Assembly: GCA_027593235.1 (NCBI GenBank)
Contig: JAQCIU010000013.1
Coordinates: forward strand, 1-64,000
DNA: 64,000 nt
Source: Chloroflexota bacterium
GTDB lineage: Bacteria; Chloroflexota; Dehalococcoidia; UBA2979
Direction of reading: 5' to 3'
The notes under the pieces were generated by a model, which saw only the letters and a program-made list of their open reading frames with translations, had not been told where the DNA came from and ran no database searches. Made by a program: the position numbers and the translations under genes. Below, piece by piece: positions 1-9,422 of this stretch (position 1 is the stretch's first letter; each line of letters begins with the position of its first letter).

Positions 1-753
1 CAGCGACGGTCGGGGCTGACCCCGCCGGCGCATCATGAGGTAGTCGTTCAGCTCGTCGAAGGCGGTGCAGAATCCAGACGCCGACGCGAAGCTCCCGAAT
101 CCGCGCATTGGGTAGTAGCGCTGCTTGAGCGCCCGGTGGCTCTGCTCCGTGAAATTGTTCAAGTAGCGCGTCGTGCGGTGGACCACCTTCCGTCCGGCGA
201 TCCAGCGGATCGCCCGCGGGTACGCCGGGTGACGGTCGGTCGTCACTCGCGCGGGCTTGCGTTCGGCCACCTCGATCAGGCGCCTGAGGAAGCGGCGAGC
301 GGCGTGCTTGTCGCGGTGCTCGCTGAGCATCGAGTCGATCAGAGCCCCGTCGCGGTCGATTGCGCGGTAGAGGTAGCACCAGCGACCGTCCACCTTCACG
401 TAGGTCTCGTCGAGGTACCAGGAGATACCGACGCGACCACGACGCCGTGCGCGCAGTTGCTGGGCGACCAGCGGCGCGAACCGCAACTCCCAGACCCGCA
501 CCGTCTCGTGCGTGACGACGTAGCCGCGCTGCAGCAGGAGCTCAGCGACATCGCGGAAGCTGAGCTTGTATCGCAGGCGCCACAGTACGGCGAGCAGCAC
601 GACGTCCGTCGGGCACTGGAGCTCGTTGAAGGGCGTGCCGGTGCGCTCGTTGAATCTGCGCCGGCAGGAGGCACACCAGAACCGTCGGTAGCCCAGCGCC
701 GTCCGCTGCCGTCGCGGGTGCACGGTGTTCGATCGGCAGTGCGGACAGCTCAC
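1..753 (-). CDS. IS6-family DDE transposase (3' end runs off the window)
   Basis: Translated by hand from GTG 753 (GAGGA upstream): CPHC..CASC zinc ribbon, LSFRDVAELL, WYLDETYVKVDGRWCYLYRAIDRDG, VTTDRHPAY, YLNNFTEQSHRALKQR. Missing from the ORF track because it has no stop in the window. Confidence 0.93.
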   Translation of the reverse strand, partial: MSCPHCRSNTVHPRRQRTALGYRRFWCASCRRRFNERTGTPFNELQCPTDVVLLAVLWRLRYKLSFRDVAELLLQRGYVVTHETVRVWELRFAPLVAQQLRARRRGRVGISWYLDETYVKVDGRWCYLYRAIDRDGALIDSMLSEHRDKHAARRFLRRLIEVAERKPARVTTDRHPAYPRAIRWIAGRKVVHRTTRYLNNFTEQSHRALKQRYYPMRGFGSFASASGFCTAFDELNDYLMMRRRGQPRPSL

Positions 754-804
754 GGTGGTTCCTCATCTCAGCCTGAGGAGCCTACCCCGCGATCCGGACC
801 CTCA

Positions 805-818
805 TTCCTGACGCAGCC
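805..818 (-). repeat. Putative terminal inverted repeat of the IS6 element
   Basis: GGCTGCGTCAGGAA on the minus strand; the partner repeat is not visible in the window. Confidence 0.65.
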
Positions 819-1037
819 GGTGGTGAACGTGTAGCTGATGCGGAATTGGGCGGTGGAGAATCCCGCCAGCACCGCCGCGAAGGCATCGGCGGGTGACGCC
901 GCGCTCACCGTCGCCGAGGCCGCAGTTGTCGACGCGGTTGGCGATACCGAGGCGGTCGCGTCCTTGTTGTCACCGCTGCACGCGGTGCTCATCGCCAGTG
1001 CGGCAAGCAGCACCGCCAAGCCTGACCATGCGCGCAT
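819..1037 (-). pseudogene. N-terminal part of a lipoprotein gene interrupted by IS6
   Basis: MRAWSGLAVLLAALAMSTAC-SGD signal and lipobox, Ser/Thr/Ala linker, then FRISYTFTT running directly into the IS end. Confidence 0.75.
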
Positions 1038-1264
1038 GAGCACCAGCTCCCCACCGTCGTCGCGAACCTTGATCGTACTCGCCCGGCGAACGGGCCGGGT
1101 GAGCGAATACGCCCGTCCTTGCTCGCACTTCGCCCGATGCTACGATGCGGCGAGTTCGGGCCACCCGACCTGCTGACCGCATCAGGCGCCGCGCGCGCGC
1201 GTGGCCCAGCCCCCTTGCGACCCAGCCCTTGCCACGTACCGGGCGAAGAATGGAGCCGGCGTCC

Positions 1265-2434
1265 ATGAAGCTGCACGAATACCAGGCGAAGGAGATCCTC
1301 GCCGACTATGGCGTTCCCGTTCCGCGGGGACGGGTCGCCCGGACACCCGAGGAAGCCCACATCATCGCGGGCGAGTTGGGCGGCAAGGTCGTCGTCAAGG
1401 CGCAGGCCCACACCGGCGGGCGCGGCAAGGGTGGCGGCGTGAAGCTTGCCAACACCTCCGAGGAAGCGCGCGACGCGGCCCGTTCGATCCTGGGCATGCG
1501 ACTCGTGACGCACCAGACTGGCCCGGCGGGACTGCCGGTGCACTCGGTGCTCGTCGAGGAACAGATCTCGATCGCTCGTGAGCTGTACCTCAGCGTGGCG
1601 ATCGACAACTCCGCCGGGAAGCCGATCTTGATCGCCTCCGCCGCCGGCGGAATGGACATCGAGGAGGTCGCCGACTCGACCCCCGAGCAGATTCACCGTC
1701 AGCTCATCTACCCGCATTGCGGCTTCCAGCCGTACCAGGGTCGCGCCCTCGCCTTCGCGATCGGGCTGGATGGCGACCTGCTGCGGCCGGCCGCCGCGCT
1801 GATGGAGGCGGTGGTTCGCGCGTTCAACGAGAACGACGGCGCGATCGTGGAGATCAACCCGCTGGTCGTCACGACCGACGGCAAGCTGCTGGCCGCGGAC
1901 GCCAAGTTCTCCACCGACGACAACGCCGACTTCCGGCACCCGCGCCTCACCGAACTCCGCGACACCTCCCAGGAGGAGGCGCGCGAGGTTGAGGCGAAGG
2001 AAGCCGGCATCGAGAACTACGTGAAGCTGGACGGCAACATCGGTTGCCTCGTGAACGGCGCCGGGCTGGCCATGGCCACGCTGGACGCGCTGCAGTTCGA
2101 GGGTGGCAGCCCCGCCAACTTCCTCGATATCGGGACGGCGAACAGCGCGGACGCCGTGGTGGCCGCGCTCAAGATCATCGGCGCCGACCCGGACGTGAAA
2201 GCGGTCCTGGTCAACATCTTCGGCGGCCTCGCCCGAACCGACATCATCGCCGACGGTGTGGTGATCGCGAAGAACGAGGGGATCCTGCCGCAGCCGACCG
2301 TCGTCCGCCTAGCGGGCACCAACGTCGCCGAGGGCCTGAAGATCCTCGACGAGTCCGGACTCGACCTCATTCGCGCCGACGGCTTCGCCGAGGCGGCACA
2401 GAAGTCCGTGGCAGCCGCCGCGGCCGCGAGCTAG
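1265..2434 (+). CDS. sucC: Succinate--CoA ligase (ADP-forming) beta subunit
   Basis: [51 protein letters not shown]. Confidence 0.95.
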   Translation: MKLHEYQAKEILADYGVPVPRGRVARTPEEAHIIAGELGGKVVVKAQAHTGGRGKGGGVKLANTSEEARDAARSILGMRLVTHQTGPAGLPVHSVLVEEQISIARELYLSVAIDNSAGKPILIASAAGGMDIEEVADSTPEQIHRQLIYPHCGFQPYQGRALAFAIGLDGDLLRPAAALMEAVVRAFNENDGAIVEINPLVVTTDGKLLAADAKFSTDDNADFRHPRLTELRDTSQEEAREVEAKEAGIENYVKLDGNIGCLVNGAGLAMATLDALQFEGGSPANFLDIGTANSADAVVAALKIIGADPDVKAVLVNIFGGLARTDIIADGVVIAKNEGILPQPTVVRLAGTNVAEGLKILDESGLDLIRADGFAEAAQKSVAAAAAAS

Positions 2435-2445
2435 GAGCGCCCTCG

Positions 2446-3327
2446 ATGGCAGTGATTATGAACGAGGACAGTCGCGTCCTCATCCAGGGCTTCGGCGGCG
2501 CCGGCCAGCGTGAAGCGGCCACCTCGTTGGCGTTCGGCACCAACGTCGTCTGCGGCGTCACGCCCGGCCGCGGTGGCCAGGTGATCAACGACATTCCGGT
2601 CCTCAACACGGTGCGCGAGGGCGTCCGAGAGTTCGACGCGAACATCGCGCTGATCTTCGTGCCGGCCCCCTTCGCCGCCGACGCGATCATCGAGGCTGCT
2701 GACGCGGGCATCCCGACCGCGATCTGCATCACCGAGGGCATCCCGACGCTGGACATGGTGAAGGTGAAGGCCTACCTCCAGCAGTCGGCGACGCGCCTAA
2801 TCGGGCCGAACTGTCCGGGCGTCATCTCCGTCGCCGAGCGGTCGCGCGCCGGCATCATGCCGATCGACGTGTACATGCCCGGCAGCGTCGGGGTGATTTC
2901 TCGCTCCGGCACGCTGGTCTACGAGACGGTCGATCAGCTCACCCGCCTCGGCATCGGCCAGAGCAGCAGCGTCGGCGTGGGGGGTGACCCGATCATCGGC
3001 ACCTCACAGCGCGAAGCGCTCCAGCTCTTCCAGGACGACCCGGACACCGCCGCGGTGGTGCTGATTGGCGAGATCGGCGGCACGGCGGAACAAGAGGCTG
3101 CCGACTACGTCAAAGACATGACCAAGCCAGTGGTCTCCTTCATCGCCGGTGCGACGGCACCTCCCGGACGCCGGATGGGTCATGCCGGCGCAATCATCGC
3201 CGGGAAGGCCGGCACCGCCGCCGCGAAGCAGCAAGCGCTCCGCGACGCCGGCGCGACCGTCGTCGAATCGCCGTCCCAGATCGGTGAGACGATGCAGCGG
3301 GTGCTCAAGGAGCTGGGGCTGACCTAG
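2446..3327 (+). CDS. sucD: Succinate--CoA ligase alpha subunit
   Basis: [26 protein letters not shown], phospho-His motif RMGHAGA; directly follows sucC with a GGAG RBS. Confidence 0.95.
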   Translation: MAVIMNEDSRVLIQGFGGAGQREAATSLAFGTNVVCGVTPGRGGQVINDIPVLNTVREGVREFDANIALIFVPAPFAADAIIEAADAGIPTAICITEGIPTLDMVKVKAYLQQSATRLIGPNCPGVISVAERSRAGIMPIDVYMPGSVGVISRSGTLVYETVDQLTRLGIGQSSSVGVGGDPIIGTSQREALQLFQDDPDTAAVVLIGEIGGTAEQEAADYVKDMTKPVVSFIAGATAPPGRRMGHAGAIIAGKAGTAAAKQQALRDAGATVVESPSQIGETMQRVLKELGLT

Positions 3328-3342
3328 CCAACGGGGGTTGCG

Positions 3343-3765
3343 ATGCCGGTTCTGCGCTTCGACCACGTCGCGATTCCGGCTGCCAACCCCGCGCCACTGC
3401 TCGAGTTCTACCGCGCCCTCGGCTTCCCGATTCTCTACGAGGCCGAGTGGCGCGCGGGCAACGGCGTACCCGCGATCGGCGTCGGGCCCGACCAGAAGAT
3501 CAACGTGCACCCGCCCGCGCTCTGGCAGCGCGAAGACTTCACGCTGCGCGGCCCGAACGCCGTGCCCGGCAGCGCAGACCTCTGTTTCGTCTGGGACGGG
3601 ACCGTCGAGGAGATACTCGCTGTCCTCGAAGGGGCGGGCGCCGCGGTCGAGCGGGGCCCGATGCCGATGCGTGGCGGTGCGCTCGCGGGCGAGGGGCGGG
3701 GCACCTCGGTCTACACGCGCGACCCGGAGCAGAACCTCGTGGAGTTCATCATCTACGAGGGCTGA
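3343..3765 (+). CDS. VOC/glyoxalase-family protein
   Basis: FDHVAI, QKINVH, PGSADLCF, SVYTRDPEQNLVEF. Confidence 0.85.
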   Translation: MPVLRFDHVAIPAANPAPLLEFYRALGFPILYEAEWRAGNGVPAIGVGPDQKINVHPPALWQREDFTLRGPNAVPGSADLCFVWDGTVEEILAVLEGAGAAVERGPMPMRGGALAGEGRGTSVYTRDPEQNLVEFIIYEG

Positions 3766-3837
3766 GCCAGCCCGTCCCGCCATACCCTCCCGGCAAGCCG
3801 CCCCGCGATACCGGCCCGCGATACCGAAAGGTCACAG

Positions 3838-4623
3838 ATGCAACGCACGACAATCGGCAAGGTCCAGATCACCGCGCTCGTGGACTCGCACTTCGCCTTC
3901 CCGGCGCCGCGCCTCTTCCCTGAGGTCGACGCGACCGAGGTCAATGCGTACGCGGATCTGATGAACGACGCTGGCGAGATCACGATGATCTGCGGCGCCG
4001 CGGTGTTGCGCGCCGACGGTCGCACGATCCTGGTGGATACCGGCAACGGGCCGGATGGCGCGCTCTTCGATGAGCTGGCAGCCGCGGAGGTAGCGCCGTC
4101 GCAGGTGGAGATCGTGGTGTTCACGCACCTTCATGGCGACCACACCGGCTGGAACATCGATCGGGAGAGCGGACAGCCGCTGTTCCCGAACGCCGAGTAC
4201 TGGATCCCGCGCGCGGACTGGGAGCATTACGGCGCGCAAGGCGGTACGAACTGGGAGACGATGCTCGCGCCATTGGAACCGCTGGGCGTGGTGAGGCTGA
4301 TCGAGGGCGAGATTCCGCTGACGGCCTCGCTGACGCTGGTGCCGACGCCGGGACACACTCCGGGGCACACCAGCATTCGCATCCGCTCCGAGGGCCAGCA
4401 GGCGTTCGTGCTCGGCGATGCCGTCGTGGACGAGATCAATCTCAACGAACCCGACTGGGGCAACATGTTCGACGGCGACGATCCGACCGCGGTCGCGACG
4501 CGCCACCGCCTGATCCCGCAGCTCATGGAGAGCGGGGAGCTGATCGTGGCAGCCCACCTGGGCAGCAGCGGGCTCGGGCGCTTCGCGCGGGTGGGCGCGC
4601 GACTTCGCTTCCAGGACCTCTAG
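3838..4623 (+). CDS. MBL-fold metallo-hydrolase
   Basis: LVDTG, THLHGDHTG, PGHTPGH, GD and C-terminal His ligands. Confidence 0.9.
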   Translation: MQRTTIGKVQITALVDSHFAFPAPRLFPEVDATEVNAYADLMNDAGEITMICGAAVLRADGRTILVDTGNGPDGALFDELAAAEVAPSQVEIVVFTHLHGDHTGWNIDRESGQPLFPNAEYWIPRADWEHYGAQGGTNWETMLAPLEPLGVVRLIEGEIPLTASLTLVPTPGHTPGHTSIRIRSEGQQAFVLGDAVVDEINLNEPDWGNMFDGDDPTAVATRHRLIPQLMESGELIVAAHLGSSGLGRFARVGARLRFQDL

Positions 4624-4657
4624 CGACACTGCTGCGCGGTCGTACCTCGACGAGCGG

Positions 4658-5122
4658 CTAGCCGCGTCGAGGGCGGTCGCGTTCGTCTGAATCGAGCAGG
4701 ATCGTCACCGGGCCGTCGTTCACGGCGTCCACCAGCATGTGCGCGCCGAATCGCCCCGTGGCGACCTCGATGCCCTCGAGGCGGAGGCGTACGACCAGCG
4801 CCTCGACCAACGGCTCGGCCACCTCGGGTGGCGCGGCGCCGGTGAACGACGGCCGGCGGCCCTTTCGGGTGTCGCCGTAGAGCGTGAACTGCGAGACGAC
4901 CAGGACCGCGCCGCGGACATCGAGGAGCGAGCGGTCAAAGCGGCCGGCGTCGTCGGGGAAGATCCGCAGGGTCGTCAGCTTGGAGACGAGCCAGTCGACC
5001 TCGGTGGCGCCGTCTTCGGGACCGACGCCGACGTAGGCGAGCAGTCCCGCTCCGATCGCGCCTGTTTCCCCGTCAGCGACGGTGACGCGTGCGCGGGCCA
5101 CCCGCTGCACTACCGCACGCAC
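4658..5122 (-). CDS. dtd: D-aminoacyl-tRNA deacylase
   Basis: MRAVVQRV, SQFTL, GRRPSF, NDGPVT. Confidence 0.96.
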   Translation of the reverse strand: MRAVVQRVARARVTVADGETGAIGAGLLAYVGVGPEDGATEVDWLVSKLTTLRIFPDDAGRFDRSLLDVRGAVLVVSQFTLYGDTRKGRRPSFTGAAPPEVAEPLVEALVVRLRLEGIEVATGRFGAHMLVDAVNDGPVTILLDSDERDRPRRG

Positions 5123-5134
5123 GAGCGACCTTGG

Positions 5135-5380
5135 TCAGTCGCTGCTGGAGGAGGAGGAAGAGGAAGAAGAGGAGGAGGAGGAGGAGGAGGAGGAAGCGCT
5201 GTCCGAGCGACGGGAGTCGGTCTTGTAGAAGCCGCTGCCCTTGAAGGCGAGGGCCGGTACGGAGATCTGGCGCTTGGATGGCGCTCCGCACTTGATGCAG
5301 GTCTGTTCCGAGGGCGAGCCGAACGGCTGTTTCTGCTCGTAACGGTGCCCTTTGGTGCAGCGGTAATCGTAAGTCGGCAC
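5135..5380 (-). CDS. FmdB-family zinc-ribbon protein with poly-Ser tail
   Basis: GTG start, PTYDYRCTKGH...CIKCG...FKGSGFYKTD, then 18 Ser. Confidence 0.88.
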   Translation of the reverse strand: MPTYDYRCTKGHRYEQKQPFGSPSEQTCIKCGAPSKRQISVPALAFKGSGFYKTDSRRSDSASSSSSSSSSSSSSSSSSSD

Positions 5381-5480
5381 GCGTGCCCTCCTCGGCGCGT
5401 CGTCGCCGGCGAACATGACCGCACGGCATTCGATCTCCATGTTCGACCTGATTTGGATGGTTGGCAACCGGGTACCGTCA

Positions 5481-5540
5481 GGGCCGGGGTTCGGGCCGTG
5501 GTTCGGGCCGGGGTCCCGGCCAGGATCCGGGCCGGGGTTT
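5481..5540. repeat. Five tandem 12-bp repeats (consensus GGGCCGGGGTTC)
   Basis: gggccggggttc gggccgtggttc gggccggggtcc cggccaggatcc gggccggggttt. Confidence 0.85.
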
Positions 5541-5569
5541 CACGCTGGTTCCTCGGGCGCGGAGACTCC

Positions 5570-5664
5570 TATACTGACGGGCGCGAACAAACCACGTAAG
5601 CCGACGCCTGCCCACGCTGCCAGCGCGGGTAAATCTATGCGCCGGACGCTTTCAGGAGGTACCG
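5570..5664 (+). promoter_or_regulatory. rpsB promoter -10 (TATACT) and 5' leader, possibly S2-autoregulatory
   Basis: TATACT at 5570-5575, a leader of about 85 nt ending in an AGGAGG RBS. The autoregulatory role is inferred from position only. Confidence 0.45.
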
Positions 5665-6450
5665 GTGGCTACTGCTACCACAATGCGCCAGCTACTTGAG
5701 GCTGGCGTCCACTTCGGACACCAGACCCGTCGTTGGAACCCGAACATGCGGCCGTTCATCTTTGGTGAACGCAACGGCATCCACATCCTTGATCTCGCGC
5801 AGACCGTGCCGAGGCTCCAGGCCGCGTTGGACAAGGTCCGCGAGGTCTCGTCGAGCGGTGACAAGGTCCTGTTCGTTGGGACGAAGAAGCAGGCGCGCGG
5901 CATCATCGAGCGCGAGGCCGAGCGTTGCGGCATGCCTTATGTGAACAACCGCTGGTTGGGCGGCACGCTGACCAACTTCTCCACGATCACGAAGCGCATC
6001 CAGTACTACAACGAGCTGCGAAGCAGCTTAGAGACCAACCCGGAGATCGAGACCGCCACGGCCGGCCTGAGCCTGCGGCAGACCAAGCGCGAACGGGTCC
6101 TCCTGCAGAAGGAGTACGAGCGGCTCACCCGCGCGTTCGCCGGTCTTCGCACGCTGGAGCGGCCGCCCGGAGCGGTGTTCATCGTCGACCCCTCGATGGA
6201 GGAGATCGCGGTGGCCGAGTCGAACCGGACGCGCATCCCGATCATCGCGATGTGTGACACCAACGCGGATCCGGACGTCATCGACTTCCCGGTCCCGTCG
6301 AACGACGACGCGATTCGCGCGATCCAGCTGATGACGGGGTTGGTTGCCGACGCAGTCCTCGAGGGCGTCGCGGTTGGCGAGGTCGAGCAGCAATTCCAGG
6401 ACGCGACCGCAGTCGCGGCGGCCGGCGACGGCGCCGAGGCGAACGCCTAG
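5665..6450 (+). CDS. rpsB: 30S ribosomal protein S2
   Basis: LLEAGVHFGHQTRRWNP, RWLGGTLTN, DTNADP, NDDAIRAI. Confidence 0.98.
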   Translation: MATATTMRQLLEAGVHFGHQTRRWNPNMRPFIFGERNGIHILDLAQTVPRLQAALDKVREVSSSGDKVLFVGTKKQARGIIEREAERCGMPYVNNRWLGGTLTNFSTITKRIQYYNELRSSLETNPEIETATAGLSLRQTKRERVLLQKEYERLTRAFAGLRTLERPPGAVFIVDPSMEEIAVAESNRTRIPIIAMCDTNADPDVIDFPVPSNDDAIRAIQLMTGLVADAVLEGVAVGEVEQQFQDATAVAAAGDGAEANA

Positions 6451-6514
6451 TACCCGCTCCGGCGGTTGAGTACCGCCGGCAGTTGAATCCGCTCCGCGGA
6501 ATTGAGGAGACCCC

Positions 6515-7018
6515 GTGGTAACCACGAGTGATATCAAGCGTTTGCGCGAGGAGACCGGCGCCGGCGTCATGGACGCAAAGCGTGCGCTGGAGGAGGCGAG
6601 CGGAGACTTCGATCAGGCTCGCAAGCTGATCCGCGAGCAGGGCATTGCCGCCGCCGCGAAGAAGTCCGACCGCGAGACGAGCCAGGGCGTGGTTGAGTCC
6701 TACATCCACGGCGCGGGGCGCATCGGCGCCCTCGTCGAGGTGCAGTGCGAAACGGACTTCGTCGCCCGGACCGAGACCTTCAAGCAGCTTGCCCGCGACG
6801 TCGCGATGCAGATCGCGGCGATGAACCCACTCGGCCTGACCGAGGACGACGTCCCCGAGGACGTGGTGGGCAAGCGCGTCGATCACGCGTTGCTGAAGCA
6901 GTCCTTCATCCGTGACTCCAGCGTCACGATCGAAGCGCTGATTCAGACGGCGATCGGCCAGACCGGCGAGAATATCAAGATCGGGCGTTTCTCCCGGTTC
7001 GAGCTCGGCGGGAACTAA
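6515..7018 (+). CDS. tsf: Elongation factor Ts (short form)
   Basis: IKRLREETGAGVMDAKRAL, EVQCETDFVA, GENIKIGRFSRF; 167 aa. Confidence 0.96.
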   Translation: MVTTSDIKRLREETGAGVMDAKRALEEASGDFDQARKLIREQGIAAAAKKSDRETSQGVVESYIHGAGRIGALVEVQCETDFVARTETFKQLARDVAMQIAAMNPLGLTEDDVPEDVVGKRVDHALLKQSFIRDSSVTIEALIQTAIGQTGENIKIGRFSRFELGGN

Positions 7019-7044
7019 CCCGCCGATCAGCTCGTCCTGACAGC

Positions 7045-7079
7045 CAACAACGCCGTCGCTGAACACGACGGCGTTGTTG
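7045..7079. terminator. Perfect 14-bp stem-loop after tsf
   Basis: caacaacgccgtcg-ctgaaca-cgacggcgttgttg. Confidence 0.6.
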
Positions 7080-7217
7080 TGTGGAAGCGAGTCGCCCGAG
7101 GCAACGTAGTAGCTGGTGGCCGCCGACCACGCGACGGGGAATGCCCTGTCGCAGGACGCTCCTTGCGTGCGGTATCGTGTTGCTTCGCGTGCACGATGAA
7201 TAACGGAGGCGCCGGCG

Positions 7218-7775
7218 ATGATCGATGAGATCCTCCTCGACGCCGAGGAGCGCATGGACAACGCGGTGGAGGCCTTCAAGCAGGTCCTCGCCACGGTCCG
7301 CACCGGCCGAGCGAATACGTCGCTGGTCGAGCACTTGCAGGTCGAGCACTACGGTGAGCGGATGACGCTCATCCAGCTCGCCAGCCTCGGCGCACCAGAA
7401 GCCCAACTGATCACCATCCAACCATGGGATCAGAGTGCGGTGAATCCGATCATGAAGGCGATCCAGACGAGCGATCTGGGCATTACGCCACAGAGCGACG
7501 GCAAGCTGATCCGGCTCCCGATCCCCCCGCTCACGGAGGACCGCCGCCGCGACATGGTGAAGCAGGTCAACACCAAGACCGAGGAGGCGCGGATTTCCGT
7601 CCGGAACTCCCGCCGCCACGCGATGGACGAGCTGAAGAAGGCGCTGCGCGCCAGCGAAATCTCCGAGGATGAGGAGCACCGCGCCGAAGCCGAGATTGAG
7701 CGCCTCACGCAGGCGCACATCGAGCGTGTTGAGGCGGCTGGGAAAGAGAAAGAGCAGGAGTTGTTGCAGGTCTAG
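7218..7775 (+). CDS. frr: Ribosome recycling factor
   Basis: VRTGRAN, IQPWD, IPPLTEDRR, KEQELLQV. Confidence 0.97.
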   Translation: MIDEILLDAEERMDNAVEAFKQVLATVRTGRANTSLVEHLQVEHYGERMTLIQLASLGAPEAQLITIQPWDQSAVNPIMKAIQTSDLGITPQSDGKLIRLPIPPLTEDRRRDMVKQVNTKTEEARISVRNSRRHAMDELKKALRASEISEDEEHRAEAEIERLTQAHIERVEAAGKEKEQELLQV

Positions 7776-8620
7776 TGCCGTTGCCGGGCGGCGTCTCTGA
7801 CCGCCGCCGCGACGTTGGCCTGCTCCGCTCCCGGGAGACCGACTTGGTAGTCGAACCCGTCCCGGCGTCCGTTCCGCCCCCGCGTCTCCACGTGGTGCCT
7901 CGACACGTCGCGATCATCATGGACGGCAACGGGCGCTGGGCGCAGACGCGCGGCCTTGGCCGCGCGGAGGGCCATCGCGCCGGCGCAGAGGCGATCCGTC
8001 CGGTGATGGAACGCTTCGGCCAGCACGGCGTCGAGGTGCTGACGCTGTTCGGCTTTTCCACCGAGAACTGGGGTCGCCCGCGCACGGAGGTCCAGTCGAT
8101 CCTCAAGCTCGGCCGCGACTTCATCGACAACCACCTCGACGAGCTCGACGAGGCCGGTGTGCAGCTTCGTCACCTCGGAGATCTGGAACGCCTGCCGGGG
8201 TTTCTGCGCGGGCGGGTCGAGAAGGCAGTCGCGCGCACGAGCCACAACGAGAAGCTGATCCTCAACCTCGCGTTCAACTACGGCGGGCGCGCCGACATCG
8301 TGGAAGCGGTTCGCCAGCTCATCCGCGACGGTGTCGCGGCCGACGACGTGACCGAGGAAGCGATCGCCTGTCGCCTGGCGACCGCGGGGCTCCCGGAGCC
8401 GGACCTGCTGATCCGCACCGGTGGCGAGGCGCGCATCTCCAACTTCCTGGTCTGGCAGGCGACGTACGCCGAGTACTACTTCACGGACACGCTGTGGCCG
8501 GACTTCAACGCCGAACAGATCGACGCCGCACTCGTCGAGTTCAGCCGCCGTCAGCGCCGCTTCGGGCTGGTCCCGAACGCGGACGACGAGGAATCGCAGC
8601 CCGCCGAAACCGGCGCGTAG
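7775..8620 (+). CDS. uppS: Polyprenyl (undecaprenyl) diphosphate synthase
   Basis: HVAIIMDGNGRWA, FSTENWGRP, NYGGR, DLLIRTGGEARISNFL; start may be further downstream. Confidence 0.95.
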   Translation: MPLPGGVSDRRRDVGLLRSRETDLVVEPVPASVPPPRLHVVPRHVAIIMDGNGRWAQTRGLGRAEGHRAGAEAIRPVMERFGQHGVEVLTLFGFSTENWGRPRTEVQSILKLGRDFIDNHLDELDEAGVQLRHLGDLERLPGFLRGRVEKAVARTSHNEKLILNLAFNYGGRADIVEAVRQLIRDGVAADDVTEEAIACRLATAGLPEPDLLIRTGGEARISNFLVWQATYAEYYFTDTLWPDFNAEQIDAALVEFSRRQRRFGLVPNADDEESQPAETGA

Positions 8621-8630
8621 GCCAGATCCG

Positions 8631-9422
8631 ATGCTGAAGCAGCGATTGATCGTCGCGGCGATCGGGCTGCCGCTGCTTGCGGGGCTGCTGGCTGTCCCCG
8701 AGCCGCTCTTTTCCGCGGTGATTGAGGCGATCCTCGCGGTGGCGACTTTCGAGCTGGTGCGGAGCGCGCAGCCGGAGACGAACGACCTCACCATCCCCGT
8801 CAGCGCTGCCGCCGCTACGGCGCTGCTCGTCGCCCTCGTCCGCGCGGGCTTCGGTCCCGAGGTGTGGGCGCTGCTGCCGCTGACGGCAATCGCACTGGCG
8901 CTGCTGATCCGCGGCGGCAACCCGTTCAGCGATTCGATGGCCGGCTGGTGGATCGGCTCGGTGCTCTACGTCGGCATCCTCGGTTCGCACTTCGTCCTGC
9001 TGCGCGACCTGCCCGATGGTCAGCGCTGGCTCGTCGTCATGCTCGCAACGGTCTTCTCGACCGACACCGGGGCCTACGCGGTCGGGCGCACGTTCGGCCG
9101 GCACAAGATGGCGCCGACGGTCTCGCCGAAGAAGACCTGGGAGGGCGCCGCCGGCGGCTTCGCCTGCGGAGCGCTGGCCGCGGTGATCGCGCCGATCGCG
9201 CTCGACCTCGATGCGCCTAGTTCCGCGATCGTGCTGCTGGCGCTCGGCGTTCCCGTGATCGCGGAGATCGGCGATCTGGTGGAGTCGGCGCTCAAGCGAC
9301 GGCTCGGGGTGAAGGATGTGTCGCACCTGCTCCCCGGACACGGCGGGTTCCTCGATCGCCTGGACTCGCTGTTGTTCGCCGCGCCGTGGCTATATTGGAT
9401 CCTCCAATGGATGCCCAACTGA
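8631..9422 (+). CDS. cdsA: Phosphatidate cytidylyltransferase
   Basis: Multi-TM protein with DTGAY, SPKKTWEG, GDLVESALKR, PGHGGFLDRLDS. Confidence 0.95.
   Translation: MLKQRLIVAAIGLPLLAGLLAVPEPLFSAVIEAILAVATFELVRSAQPETNDLTIPVSAAAATALLVALVRAGFGPEVWALLPLTAIALALLIRGGNPFSDSMAGWWIGSVLYVGILGSHFVLLRDLPDGQRWLVVMLATVFSTDTGAYAVGRTFGRHKMAPTVSPKKTWEGAAGGFACGALAAVIAPIALDLDAPSSAIVLLALGVPVIAEIGDLVESALKRRLGVKDVSHLLPGHGGFLDRLDSLLFAAPWLYWILQWMPN

Larger units (their letters stand above)
1..818 (-). mobile_element. IS6-family insertion sequence (one end at 818; other end outside the window)
   Basis: Contains an IS6-type DDE transposase. The minus strand from 818 reads GGCTGCGTCAGGAA, like the GG-initiated IS6 terminal repeats, and coincides with the break in the flanking lipoprotein ORF. 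Confidence 0.85.

Noticed and set aside
136-834. 232-aa plus-strand ORF
   Set aside because: Antisense shadow of the IS6 transposase.
5141-5194. GGA/GAA trinucleotide run as a contingency locus
   Set aside because: It encodes the in-frame poly-Ser tail common in FmdB-family proteins; length changes would not shift the frame.
5481-5540. Tandem repeats as a CRISPR array
   Set aside because: 12-bp units with no spacers and no cas genes. No CRISPR array, tRNA or rRNA was recognised anywhere in the window.
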